DNA of 23,057 bases, from assembly GCA_038217285.1 (NCBI GenBank), contig JBBQPO010000067.1, positions 1 through 23,057 on the forward strand, in the 5' to 3' direction. The first letter of the stretch is position 1; every line of letters begins with the position of its first letter. Positions 1 through 8,167 of this stretch are shown piece by piece. Both the position numbers and the translations under genes were made by a program. Below the pieces are notes generated by a model, which saw only the letters and a list, made by a program, of their open reading frames with translations, ran no database searches and was not told the origin of the DNA. The stretch comes from Chthonomonadales bacterium. Its GTDB lineage: Bacteria > Armatimonadota > Chthonomonadetes > Chthonomonadales > Chthonomonadaceae.

Positions 1-808
1 CATGATGGTCACTGCCGGGGCTCACCGCGTCTAACTGGGCGATTTTTTCATAGAGATAGATCACTCGTCGGGCGGCAGGCCAGTGCTTGTCATACGGTAG
101 CTTCAGATTGATGGTCCAGTCGGTCTGGGCGACATCGAAGCGACTGGTATCGTCGTCTCGCGCGGCTGTCTCGGCCAGGTCGAAATCCAGGTCGATCTCG
201 GCGGCGGTCAGCGCTTCTCGTTCGGTCGGATCGAGGTGCGCCAGGCGAAAACGCTCGAACAGCTCCTGCGCTCGGACCAGTGCGGCGTCCGCCGTCTGAT
301 CATCTTCCGATTCTAACTGTACCTGCTCCGGCGCGTCTTCTCCTAAGGATTTCGGCACGTCACTGCCCCGCGTGATCTTCTCCCCGATCTTGTAGCCGCT
401 ATGCTCGACGATGCGATAGAGCCGTCCACGCCATACCTGCCCTCGCGCCTCCCACACCTTATCGCGATAGGTGGCGACATAATCCTCCGCCGCAGCGATC
501 GCCTGGTCCCACTTCTTCGCCCGGCCCAATGCGACCATGATGCGGTACGCGATCTCCGGTCGGTTCGGCAGTTTCGGATCTGCCGCCAGGGCCTTTTGAT
601 ACGCCTCCAGCGCAAGTTTGTACGACTGCTCGTTCCAGCTTTTGTCGCCCTGCCGCACCAGTTCCTGCGGGTTCTGCCGTGCCAGGGAGGGCCGAACTGC
701 CAACCCTATCCCCACGACCGAGAGCGCCAGCAAAAGCGCGAAGGCCCCGCAGCGCCGAAAGGCGACAAGCCGTTGCAAAGGCTGAAAACGAGGGTTCGAG
801 GTCGGCAT
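1..808 (-). CDS. Secreted TPR-repeat protein, N-terminal part (runs off the left edge)
   Basis: Read manually: ATG at 808 with GGAG upstream, open for 269 codons to the window edge. Sequence MPTSNPRFQPLQRLVAFRRCGAFALLLALSVVGIGLAVRPSLA (signal-like) is followed by TPR-like helices (ELVRQGDKSWNEQSYKLALEAYQKALAADP...ALGRAKKWDQAIAAAEDY). Absent from the ORF track because there is no stop in the window. Confidence 0.8.
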   Translation of the reverse strand, partial: MPTSNPRFQPLQRLVAFRRCGAFALLLALSVVGIGLAVRPSLARQNPQELVRQGDKSWNEQSYKLALEAYQKALAADPKLPNRPEIAYRIMVALGRAKKWDQAIAAAEDYVATYRDKVWEARGQVWRGRLYRIVEHSGYKIGEKITRGSDVPKSLGEDAPEQVQLESEDDQTADAALVRAQELFERFRLAHLDPTEREALTAAEIDLDFDLAETAARDDDTSRFDVAQTDWTINLKLPYDKHWPAARRVIYLYEKIAQLDAVSPGSDHH

Positions 809-1110
809 AGTCCAGATTATCTCCAGCAAACGAATTGGGGAGGATCCCGTCTCAAAGGTTAGTTCCGGAAAGGTGGGGAATGGTTCAGGCCCACTTTGGT
901 TCCGGCCTATTAGGCGAACCACGATAAGAGAAGGTTACAGCGTCAGCGACAGGGGAAGCCATGTTCCGAGCGGCCTCCCCATTATGGCAGGCAGAGAGAC
1001 GACCGAAACCGCAGGGAACGGATTATATGTTCAGGCCGTCCAACGCCTGTCCCTCCTTGAGGAGGGGTCTGCTGGAGCGTCCGAGAAGGAGGCTCCGGAA
1101 AGTCAGAACC

Positions 1111-2490
1111 ATGAAATTCCGACCAGATCGTTTTTCGATAGTATCTAGGCACCGTAGACGAGGCGCGTTGCGCCCGGCTCTGGGGATCTGCCTGCTGGCG
1201 CTGTCTGCGCCACTGATGGGGGCGCAGGCGACGGTACCGCCGCCCACGCCGCCAAAGACCCCCGCTGCGGCTCCGAAGACGCCCCCTCCTGCCCAGCCCG
1301 TTCAGCCGCCGCCTGCTGCGCCTAAAACGCCACCGGCGACGGCGCAGCTCGCGCTGCCGTCTACAGCCGAATTTCGCAACGGAGTGGTCTATGGACGGGT
1401 GCTCGATCTGGATGGCAAGCCGCTTCCCGACGCTACCGTCGCCCTACAGGATCCGAACGGCAAGGTGATGGCCTGGACGAAGACGAACGCTCAGGGTGAA
1501 TATGCCCTGGCCGCCGATCCGATGAACGCCCTGCACCTCCGTCCCTCCGCACGGCGCGGGCTGTTGGAGATCTGTGCGCGGGCCGTTGGCGATGTCGCCA
1601 TGGCGCCGGTGAAGGTGGTCGCCAATGTCGTGATCAATCCAGGCCAGACGGTCAAAGCCGCTGCCGTATCGGTCGCGACCGGAACGCCGGTGCCGCTGGT
1701 CGGGCAGGCGGTCGCTCCGATCCTCGGCGATAAAAATGTGACCGACAAGACCGCAAAGCAGGCACGCGAAGTCGCCGCCAAAACAGCGGTCGGTGACGGC
1801 CCCGCGCCGAAAGGCAAGAAGACCCCGCAAGATAAGGGGGAGGCGCTCCTGCTGGTCAGCGCTCCCAACTTCAAGGAGGCCCGGGTAAAAGCCGGCGCTT
1901 ACTGGCTGGAAGGTGCGAGCACGGACAAGGCGAAACCGCTGGGAATGCAGGCCTGGGTCGATACCGTCAAACTGGCCCCTATCGCAGGAGACAAGAAGTC
2001 CGATGTCGTGCAGGAAGCCCTCACGCTGACCGAGCCCACGATAGACCAGCCTCTCCTGGCTGCAGGCAGCCCGGTGAAACTCAAAGTCAAGCTGCTCTCC
2101 CCACCCGGTCCGGACCACAGGGTGCGCGTCTTCGCCCGAGAAGCCCGTAAGGATGTCGTGGTGGAGCTTACCCCGCAGGAAGGGGCCGATAAGAATATCT
2201 ACGTCGGCACCCTGACGCTGGACCTGAAGACGCCTGCAGGCGAAACCACCGTGAGTATCGCCGCTCTGCGCGCCGAGCCGGTCGACGTGAAACTCGATCC
2301 TAAAAAGGCGGATCCTCTGAACGAATTCGTGCGCCGTTTGGACGATATGCGGGCCAACAAGCCCTACCAGTATGATCCGCGGATCATGGCCAGCGAAAAC
2401 CGTATCGACCTCAAACTGAACGTACTGGATGCGAAAAAAGGCACGGGGATAGCCCTACCCTCGCCGCCGCCCGCCGCGCCGAAAAAGTGA
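1111..2490 (+). CDS. Exported protein with Pro-rich linker and carboxypeptidase-regulatory-like (transthyretin-like beta-sandwich) domain
   Basis: Signal-like LGICLLALSAPLMGAQA, PPKTP/APKTPP repeats, then motif GVVYGRVLDLDGKPLPDATVAL...TKTNAQGEY. Start uncertain (961, 1027 or 1111). Confidence 0.7.
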   Translation: MKFRPDRFSIVSRHRRRGALRPALGICLLALSAPLMGAQATVPPPTPPKTPAAAPKTPPPAQPVQPPPAAPKTPPATAQLALPSTAEFRNGVVYGRVLDLDGKPLPDATVALQDPNGKVMAWTKTNAQGEYALAADPMNALHLRPSARRGLLEICARAVGDVAMAPVKVVANVVINPGQTVKAAAVSVATGTPVPLVGQAVAPILGDKNVTDKTAKQAREVAAKTAVGDGPAPKGKKTPQDKGEALLLVSAPNFKEARVKAGAYWLEGASTDKAKPLGMQAWVDTVKLAPIAGDKKSDVVQEALTLTEPTIDQPLLAAGSPVKLKVKLLSPPGPDHRVRVFAREARKDVVVELTPQEGADKNIYVGTLTLDLKTPAGETTVSIAALRAEPVDVKLDPKKADPLNEFVRRLDDMRANKPYQYDPRIMASENRIDLKLNVLDAKKGTGIALPSPPPAAPKK

Positions 2491-2607
2491 GGTCATGCAG
2501 ACCATTCCTCTTCGGGGCTTCCTCTCGTAAGGTACGAAGGCTTGAACGACCTTTCAGGCATCCAGGCATCGCTCCTCTCGGATCAAAATTTACGTTGCGG
2601 CACGGAC

Positions 2608-2655
2608 AAAATATGCCGTTTCGCAGATGCGCTTCGATTCTATGTCTGTTATACT
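2608..2655 (+). promoter_or_regulatory. Box A: AAAATATGCCGTTTCGCAGATG plus -10 element TATACT
   Basis: Matches the boxes upstream of both pilin genes (17781, 20311). TATACT at 2650-2655 lies 20 nt after the box (21 nt in the other two copies). Confidence 0.65.
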
Positions 2656-2661
2656 GCGGGT

Positions 2662-2718
2662 ATACAGATCTCCGCAGTTTTTAGAGTGCCGGCTGCAAGA
2701 CCGGCACTCTCTTTTTTT
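2662..2718 (+). ncRNA. Putative ~55-nt small RNA
   Basis: Lies between predicted promoter box A and an intrinsic terminator, with no credible ORF. Inferred from this arrangement only. Confidence 0.35.
2683..2718 (+). terminator. Rho-independent terminator
   Basis: AGAGTGCCGG-ctgcaaga-CCGGCACTCT perfect 10-bp stem followed by C and T7. Confidence 0.85.
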
Positions 2719-2827
2719 GTGTCGCGCTTTCGGCTTTGAAGCCTGTTCGTTTGCTTCTTCCGAGGGCATGAAAACAGGACCGAGTCGCCTCGATCCTGTC
2801 ATCGAATCTCCGATACCGAACCCGACT

Positions 2828-3850
2828 CTACTGCCCTCCTGCTTTCGGTGCCTCGTCCTTTGCAGCCTCAGCGCCCGCCCCCAGCTTAGCGACCAGCCAG
2901 TCTTCCGCCCGCTGCCGGATCGACGCCGGGACATCGTGGGTACCTGCATACCAGACCACCTTTTTGGGCTCTTTGGCCGCATTCTGCAGCAGATAAGCGG
3001 CAGGCGCCACGATAACAGGGTCGGTCCTGCCATTAAACATGATGAGTGGGCGCGGCGAGAAGTGCGCGATGAAGAGACTGGGCGATACATCGTAGTCCTC
3101 CGGCCGTGAGCGCGTTCGCGCGACCGCGAGAAACGGGTCGCCGCCCACGCAGAGCGAGAGCGCCTTCACGCGGTCGTCTACCGAACCAAGGATCGAGCTC
3201 ATGATCGCCCCCATGCTGTAGCCGATTGCGCCGATGCGCTCCTTGTCGATGTCCGGCCGCGCGGTGAGATAGTCCAGAGCGCGCCGATAGTTGCGGTCGC
3301 CCTGATGCACGGCGGTCGTGTAGACCTCATCGGTCCAGTACTTCTTGTTCGGCGACTGCTGCTTGCCATGCTCGGGGGCATCCAGCGCCAGAATGGCGCA
3401 GCCTTTTGCGACCAGCCGATTGCCATAAAGCTTTATGGCGATCTCCTTATTGTTCGTAAGGCCATGCAGGACGAGCGCGCAGGGATAGACACCCTCCGCC
3501 TTGGGCCGCATAAACGTTCCGTGGACCGGCTTGCCGTCGGGTCCAGTGAAGGAGATCTGGATCACCATCGCGGTCTCGCTCTCCTGAGGCTCCTCTTTAA
3601 CGTCGGGGGCAGCGCTACTGTCGTAGTCGTAGGCGGCCTTCAGCTTTTCCCATGCCGGCGTCGCGGTGACGTGCTTCACGACCTTTTTCGTCGTCCGGCG
3701 GGCCACCTTCACGGTCTTTCGAGCGACATAGACGATCTTTTTCCCGACCTGTTGCGCCTGAGCGGCGGCGCTCTGCCTCGCCGAAGCCGGCAATACCAGG
3801 GTCGAGAGAGCGACCGCACAGAGAACGGTCGAAATTCGGTTGTTATTCAT
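2828..3850 (-). CDS. Secreted alpha/beta-fold serine hydrolase (dienelactone hydrolase / esterase-like)
   Basis: Signal peptide (LVLPASA), LVLHG oxyanion region, GYSMG nucleophile elbow, GRTDPVI (Asp), GTHD (His). AGGAG RBS. Confidence 0.85.
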   Translation of the reverse strand: MNNNRISTVLCAVALSTLVLPASARQSAAAQAQQVGKKIVYVARKTVKVARRTTKKVVKHVTATPAWEKLKAAYDYDSSAAPDVKEEPQESETAMVIQISFTGPDGKPVHGTFMRPKAEGVYPCALVLHGLTNNKEIAIKLYGNRLVAKGCAILALDAPEHGKQQSPNKKYWTDEVYTTAVHQGDRNYRRALDYLTARPDIDKERIGAIGYSMGAIMSSILGSVDDRVKALSLCVGGDPFLAVARTRSRPEDYDVSPSLFIAHFSPRPLIMFNGRTDPVIVAPAAYLLQNAAKEPKKVVWYAGTHDVPASIRQRAEDWLVAKLGAGAEAAKDEAPKAGGQ

Positions 3851-4111
3851 AAATCAGGCTCCTGTATTTCGTTACAGGTCGCCAGCGGCCTGTTCAGAGG
3901 CAGACGGTCACACAGCGGGAAACTGTTCCCGCATGTCTGAACTCGGATTGATCGGATGACCTGATAATCCGAGTTCGGACAGAAAGGAGAGCCGACCCGA
4001 AAATCAGACGGAAGTCAAATATGCTATAGTGTGGCAGTATTGGCGAGGGGCGGAAATCGACCGCTTCCGCAAGGACCGGAAGCGGTCCGCACAAGGGTCA
4101 GGAAATCGTTC

Positions 4112-5866
4112 ATGCAGGATGACGGATCAGCGGTTCGGCTCTGTTTTGATTTTGTCGGCGAAGGGTCTTTGCATCCTCTCGTGTTGACGCGACCCGTCCG
4201 TATCGTAACAGCGCACCGTGTGGAAGAGGTTTTGCCAGCCTTACAAGCGGTGGAGGCCGCGGTCAGGGGGGAAGGTCTTTATGCGGCCGGATTTGTCTCC
4301 TATGAAGCGGCTCCGGCCTTCGAGGCCGCCATGCAGGTTCCGCCTGCATCCCCTCTCCCCCTGGTCTGGTTCGGCCTCTTTAACGGCCCGACAGTTCCCG
4401 AGCTGGACGACGCACCAGGTCACTTCGCGCTGACGCCGTGGGAACCGAACCTCTCCGAACTGGAGTTCACGCGGGATATCACGCAGATCCGGGCGGCCAT
4501 TCGCGACGGGGAGTGTTATCAGGTCAACCACACCCTGCGCCTGCGAGCGCAGTTTACGGGGGACGATTTCGCCTGGTATCGGCAGTTGCAGGCCGCGCAG
4601 CAGTCGGCGTACAGCGCCTACCTTGACATCGGGCGCTATCGTATCCTCTCCGTCTCCCCCGAACTGTTCTTCCAGCGTACCGGCGACCGGATCGTCACCC
4701 GTCCCATGAAAGGCACTATGCCGCGGGGTCGTTGGCCGGAAGAGGATCTGCAGCGCGCGCAGGAGCTGACCGCTTCGGAAAAGGAGCGCGCCGAGAACAT
4801 CATGATCGTAGACCTGCTCCGCAACGACCTCGGCCGAATCGCCGACACAGGTTCGGTAAAGGTCGAAAAACTGTTCGCGGTGGAACGCTATCCGACGGTG
4901 CTGCAGATGACCTCGACCGTCGCCGCTACCCTTCCCCCTGCAACAACGCTGGCCGACCTGTTTACGGCTCTCTTTCCCTGCGGCTCCGTCACCGGCGCGC
5001 CGAAAATCAGCGCCATGCGCCGCATCGCCCTGCTGGAAACCACGCCCCGCCAGATCTACTGCGGCGCTGTCGGCTATATGGTTCCGAACGGTCCCACCGT
5101 CTTCAATGTCGCCATTCGCACCGTGCTTCTGGATACCGAGACAGGCGGCGCGGAGTACGGCGTCGGCAGCGGCATCACCTGGGACTCGACACCGCAGGGC
5201 GAGTACGCCGAAAACCGCCTGAAAGCACAGGTGCTCGCACAGGCGTGGCCTCGCTTCGACCTTCTGGAAACGCTGCGCCTGGAGCGAGGCGCTTACGCGT
5301 TGCTGCAGCGACATCTCGACCGCCTCTGCGCTTCCGCCCTCTATTTTGGAATCCCCCTGATCGAACAGGACGTACATACCGCGCTCGAATCGCACGCGCA
5401 CCGTCTCGATACCGGTCCCTGGCGCATACGGCTGCTCGTCGCGCAAGACGGAGAGATTCGCATCGAGACCCAGCCTCTTAAGGCCCTCCCAACGATCGGC
5501 CTTCGGGCGACTCTCGCTCGCTCTCCTCTCTCCCGGCAGGATCGCTTCCTGTTTCACAAAACGACGCATCGCACGGCCTACGAGACGCGCCGTGCTGAGC
5601 GCCCCGATGTCGAGGAGACGCTGCTCTGGAACGAGGAAGAGGAGTTGACGGAGTTCGCTACCGGCAATCTGGTTCTCGCTCGGGACGGGAAGCGCTGGAC
5701 GCCGCCGCTGGACTGCGGTCTGCTGCCCGGCACGATGCGGGCCGAACTGCTGGCAAACGGGGAGATCTTCGAGCGCGTCCTGCTCAGGCCCGATCTCGAA
5801 GCCGCGACCGGCCTCTGGCTCATCAACAGCGTAAGAGGTTGGGTTCCGATCCGCATCGTACCCTGA
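4112..5866 (+). CDS. pabB: Aminodeoxychorismate synthase component I fused to class IV aminotransferase (ADC lyase) domain
   Basis: Chorismate-binding motifs YQVN, SPELF, PMKGT, KERAENIMIVDLLRNDL, FPCGSVTGAPK. C-terminal LLETLR...HLDRL, FHKTT, GLLPGTMR, NSVRG. ATG 4112 preferred over GTG 4031. Confidence 0.9.
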   Translation: MQDDGSAVRLCFDFVGEGSLHPLVLTRPVRIVTAHRVEEVLPALQAVEAAVRGEGLYAAGFVSYEAAPAFEAAMQVPPASPLPLVWFGLFNGPTVPELDDAPGHFALTPWEPNLSELEFTRDITQIRAAIRDGECYQVNHTLRLRAQFTGDDFAWYRQLQAAQQSAYSAYLDIGRYRILSVSPELFFQRTGDRIVTRPMKGTMPRGRWPEEDLQRAQELTASEKERAENIMIVDLLRNDLGRIADTGSVKVEKLFAVERYPTVLQMTSTVAATLPPATTLADLFTALFPCGSVTGAPKISAMRRIALLETTPRQIYCGAVGYMVPNGPTVFNVAIRTVLLDTETGGAEYGVGSGITWDSTPQGEYAENRLKAQVLAQAWPRFDLLETLRLERGAYALLQRHLDRLCASALYFGIPLIEQDVHTALESHAHRLDTGPWRIRLLVAQDGEIRIETQPLKALPTIGLRATLARSPLSRQDRFLFHKTTHRTAYETRRAERPDVEETLLWNEEEELTEFATGNLVLARDGKRWTPPLDCGLLPGTMRAELLANGEIFERVLLRPDLEAATGLWLINSVRGWVPIRIVP

Positions 5867-5880
5867 GCCGACAAACTGTA

Positions 5881-5909
5881 TTGACTTTTTGAATGGGAGT
5901 GGTTAAAAT
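5881..5909 (+). promoter_or_regulatory. Near-consensus sigma70 promoter
   Basis: TTGACT (5881-5886), 17-nt spacer, TAAAAT (5904-5909), AT-rich in a GC-rich background. Confidence 0.75.
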
Positions 5910-5915
5910 AGAACC

Positions 5916-6199
5916 AGGAAGGGATGACAAAATCAGAACTTGTCCCTCGCAGCTGATCAGGCTGCATTTCCCGTTGCCGCGAGCGACGGCAACCCCACAG
6001 GAGGCTGGAAGAGAGCCACAGGTTCCGCAAGGTTCCGATCCGTGGCGTTGAAGTAAGCCTGCCTATAGCTTAAGGAGTCTCTAAAACAGGATCTGCAGAA
6101 GGGTCGGACGGCTTCCGGCGATCTGGCTTGCCCGCCTCTGCGGGAAGGCCGATCAATCTGGAATCGTTCTGCTCTTCGTGTAGATCCTGTTTTATTTTT
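5916..6199 (+). ncRNA. Unassigned structured RNA / long leader
   Basis: Consecutive hairpins directly after the promoter and a 113-nt rod hairpin at 6082-6194 followed by T5. No family recognised. Confidence 0.4.
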
Positions 6200-6216
6200 G
6201 GGGAAGGGGAGTTTTC

Positions 6217-7011
6217 ATGGAGTTCGGACTGAAGGGTAGAGTCGCCCTGGTAGCGGCGGCAAGCAAGGGACTCGGGTATGCCTGCGCCCTGGGGCTGGCG
6301 CGCGAGGGCGCGAACGTCGCGATCTGTGCGCGGACACAGGCCGATATCGAGGCTGCGGCAGCGCGGATTCGCACGGAGACAGGCGCGGAGTGTCTGCCGC
6401 TGGTCGCCGACGTCACGCGGGCCGAGGATCTGCGCCGGGTGGTGGAAGAGACGGTCGCCGCCTACGGCGCGCTGCATATCCTGGTACCAAACAGCGGCGG
6501 ACCGCCTGCCGGAACCTTCGAAACCCTGGACGAGGCCAAATGGCAGTCCGCCCTTGACAGCACGCTCTTCGGCACGACCCGACTGATACAGGCCGCCCTG
6601 CCGCACCTGAAGGCGGTGGAGGGAGGGGCGGGGCGCATCGTCGTCATCACCTCGACCTCCGCGCGGCAGCCGATTCCCGGCCTGCTGCTCTCCAATACCA
6701 TTCGGGCCGGAATCACCGGCCTGTGCAAAACGCTCTCGCAGGAGTTCGCGCCGTACCACATCACGGTCAACACCGTTGCACCGGGCAGCTACGACACCGA
6801 TCGCCTAAAACACCTGCATGAGCGCAATGCGCAGGCCGCCGGTATCTCCTTCGCGGAAGCACGCAAGCAGGCCGAACAGAAGATCCCGCTCGGCCGTCTC
6901 GGTCGCCCGGAAGAGCTGGCGAATGTGGTCGTCTTTCTCGCCTCCGACGCCGCCAGTTATGTCACCGGCCAGACCTGGCTTATCGACGGCGGGCAGACGC
7001 TCGGCCTCTGA
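6217..7011 (+). CDS. SDR family oxidoreductase (BKR-like atypical subgroup)
   Basis: ALVAAASKGLG Rossmann motif, NSGGP, SNTIR in place of YxxxK, ITVNTVAPG, YVTGQ..IDGG. GGGGAG RBS. Confidence 0.9.
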   Translation: MEFGLKGRVALVAAASKGLGYACALGLAREGANVAICARTQADIEAAAARIRTETGAECLPLVADVTRAEDLRRVVEETVAAYGALHILVPNSGGPPAGTFETLDEAKWQSALDSTLFGTTRLIQAALPHLKAVEGGAGRIVVITSTSARQPIPGLLLSNTIRAGITGLCKTLSQEFAPYHITVNTVAPGSYDTDRLKHLHERNAQAAGISFAEARKQAEQKIPLGRLGRPEELANVVVFLASDAASYVTGQTWLIDGGQTLGL

Positions 7012-7016
7012 ACCCG

Positions 7017-7070
7017 AAAACGCAAAAACCGCCGCACGGAAGCCCTCTGGAGAGCCTCTGGCGGCGGTTT
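7017..7070. terminator. Probable terminator between convergent genes
   Basis: AAACCGCCGC (7026-7035) pairs with GCGGCGGTTT (7061-7070). A-runs on the left give a U-tract for the minus-strand gene. The loop is large. Confidence 0.55.
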
Positions 7071-7101
7071 CGTCGCTTCGGTCGTCGAAGCGGAACCGGC
7101 T

Positions 7102-7836
7102 CTATTTACGTTTGCGGCGGCGGATCAGCAGGCCGGCAGGACCGGCCAGTCCGAGCAGAAGGGCAACGACGCCGGGTTCCGGTGTGGTGGTGGCGGTGAA
7201 ACTGTTCCCTATCAGGGTGTTTCCCGTGGTCGAACTGACCGCAAAAAAGTTATAGGTGGTATAGCCCGGGACCGGAATCGTATGCACGTCGGCGCCCGGC
7301 GCTCCCGTCGTATTGATGTACGTGTTGAGAAGTATCCCCGGCGTTCCAGCGCTATTGCTGCCCCACAAGTAGTAGCCTTCGTTTTGCTGTATGCTCGAGA
7401 TCATAATAGTCGGGTTGATGAGCTTCGCGACTTTGAGGTTGGTCGTATCTATCTGGATGAAAGATTTCGGAACGATTTCGTGGTCGCCGTCGAAGGTTAA
7501 TCCCAGTCCCGTTTCCGGGTCGGTAAGGGAGGTCGTAAACTTATTGTAGAGATTCGAATCGGCGGTCCCGCCTGTGGTCCAGGTAGAGACGTTCACGGTG
7601 GTGCCGGACGGCGCATTCGTCGTGGTGTAGCCATGAACAGGAAGAGAGATGCCGTGCCCTGAGTTGTCCAGGTACACAGCACTGGCGGCTCCAACATCCC
7701 CCTGATGCGTACTGGTGGCGAAATTCCAGGTGTACGTCGTGTCCGCGTGTCCGGCGGTAGCGAGGCCCATCCCCAGGATCCCCAGAACAGCGCAAGAGCG
7801 CAGATTTTTTGAAAAGCGAAATGAAGTCGTCAGCAT
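7102..7836 (-). CDS. PEP-CTERM sorting-domain surface protein (Thr-rich)
   Basis: Signal peptide ending AGHA-D. C-terminal TPEPGVVALLLGLAGPAGLLIRRRKRK. AAGGA RBS before ATG 7836 (not 7977). Confidence 0.9.
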   Translation of the reverse strand: MLTTSFRFSKNLRSCAVLGILGMGLATAGHADTTYTWNFATSTHQGDVGAASAVYLDNSGHGISLPVHGYTTTNAPSGTTVNVSTWTTGGTADSNLYNKFTTSLTDPETGLGLTFDGDHEIVPKSFIQIDTTNLKVAKLINPTIMISSIQQNEGYYLWGSNSAGTPGILLNTYINTTGAPGADVHTIPVPGYTTYNFFAVSSTTGNTLIGNSFTATTTPEPGVVALLLGLAGPAGLLIRRRKRK

Positions 7837-8034
7837 AAAAAATATTCCTTCTCGTTTCGACAGGGGCTCCGGGCGGACAGCTACACTGCAAGCGCAGGAA
7901 GAGTCTGCCGTCGCGCAGGCCACGAGGAGGCGCCTGCCAGCGAATACAACCCTGATTCGGTGGACGGAGGCGCCCACATATCGTCGAAGCGAATTAGCGT
8001 AGTTTTATGATGACATCGTTCGGTGGAGGAGGCT

Positions 8035-8052
8035 ATACGTACAAATACGTAT
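8035..8052. promoter_or_regulatory. Inverted repeat ATACGTA-CAAA-TACGTAT, candidate transcription-factor site
   Basis: Perfect 7-4-7 palindrome ~200 nt upstream of the PEP-CTERM start. Confidence 0.45.
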
Positions 8053-8167
8053 CTTTGGGCGTAGTTCGCCTTATTATGCTGGAACGTCCGGCGCGCTCCC
8101 CAGTCGGACGGCTAAAACGACGTACAGGAGCGCGACAGTGCCTTTAATGTCGGTGCGAAGAGCGCTT

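Noticed and set aside
1231-1340. CC(A/G/T)AA(G/A)ACGCC-type repeats as a DNA repeat element
   Set aside because: Explained by the Pro/Lys/Thr-rich protein linker (PKTP repeats).
4241-5569. Long antisense or alternative-frame ORFs (also 8138-9322, 9452-10327, 13495-14532, 15400-16365, 20259-21344)
   Set aside because: They overlap well-supported genes, have no motifs, and are expected in high-GC DNA.
4112-5866. PabB-PabC fusion as a novelty
   Set aside because: This fusion is common and already described in many bacteria.
5924-5956. HU/IHF pseudogene (MTKSELV resembles the IHF-beta/HU N-terminus)
   Set aside because: No downstream frame gives GFG.F or RNP.TG motifs, so the match is likely chance.
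5916-6199. 6S RNA, SRP RNA, T-box, cobalamin riboswitch or hammerhead
   Set aside because: Diagnostic consensus elements were not found by eye (no SRP GGAA domain, T-box sequence, B12 box or CUGAUGA/GAAA core). A covariance search is still needed.
7789-7810. Fourth copy of the pilin box on the minus strand (AAAATCTGC-N6-GCGCT)
   Set aside because: Only one half-site matches, it lies inside the PEP-CTERM CDS, and there is no appropriately spaced -10.
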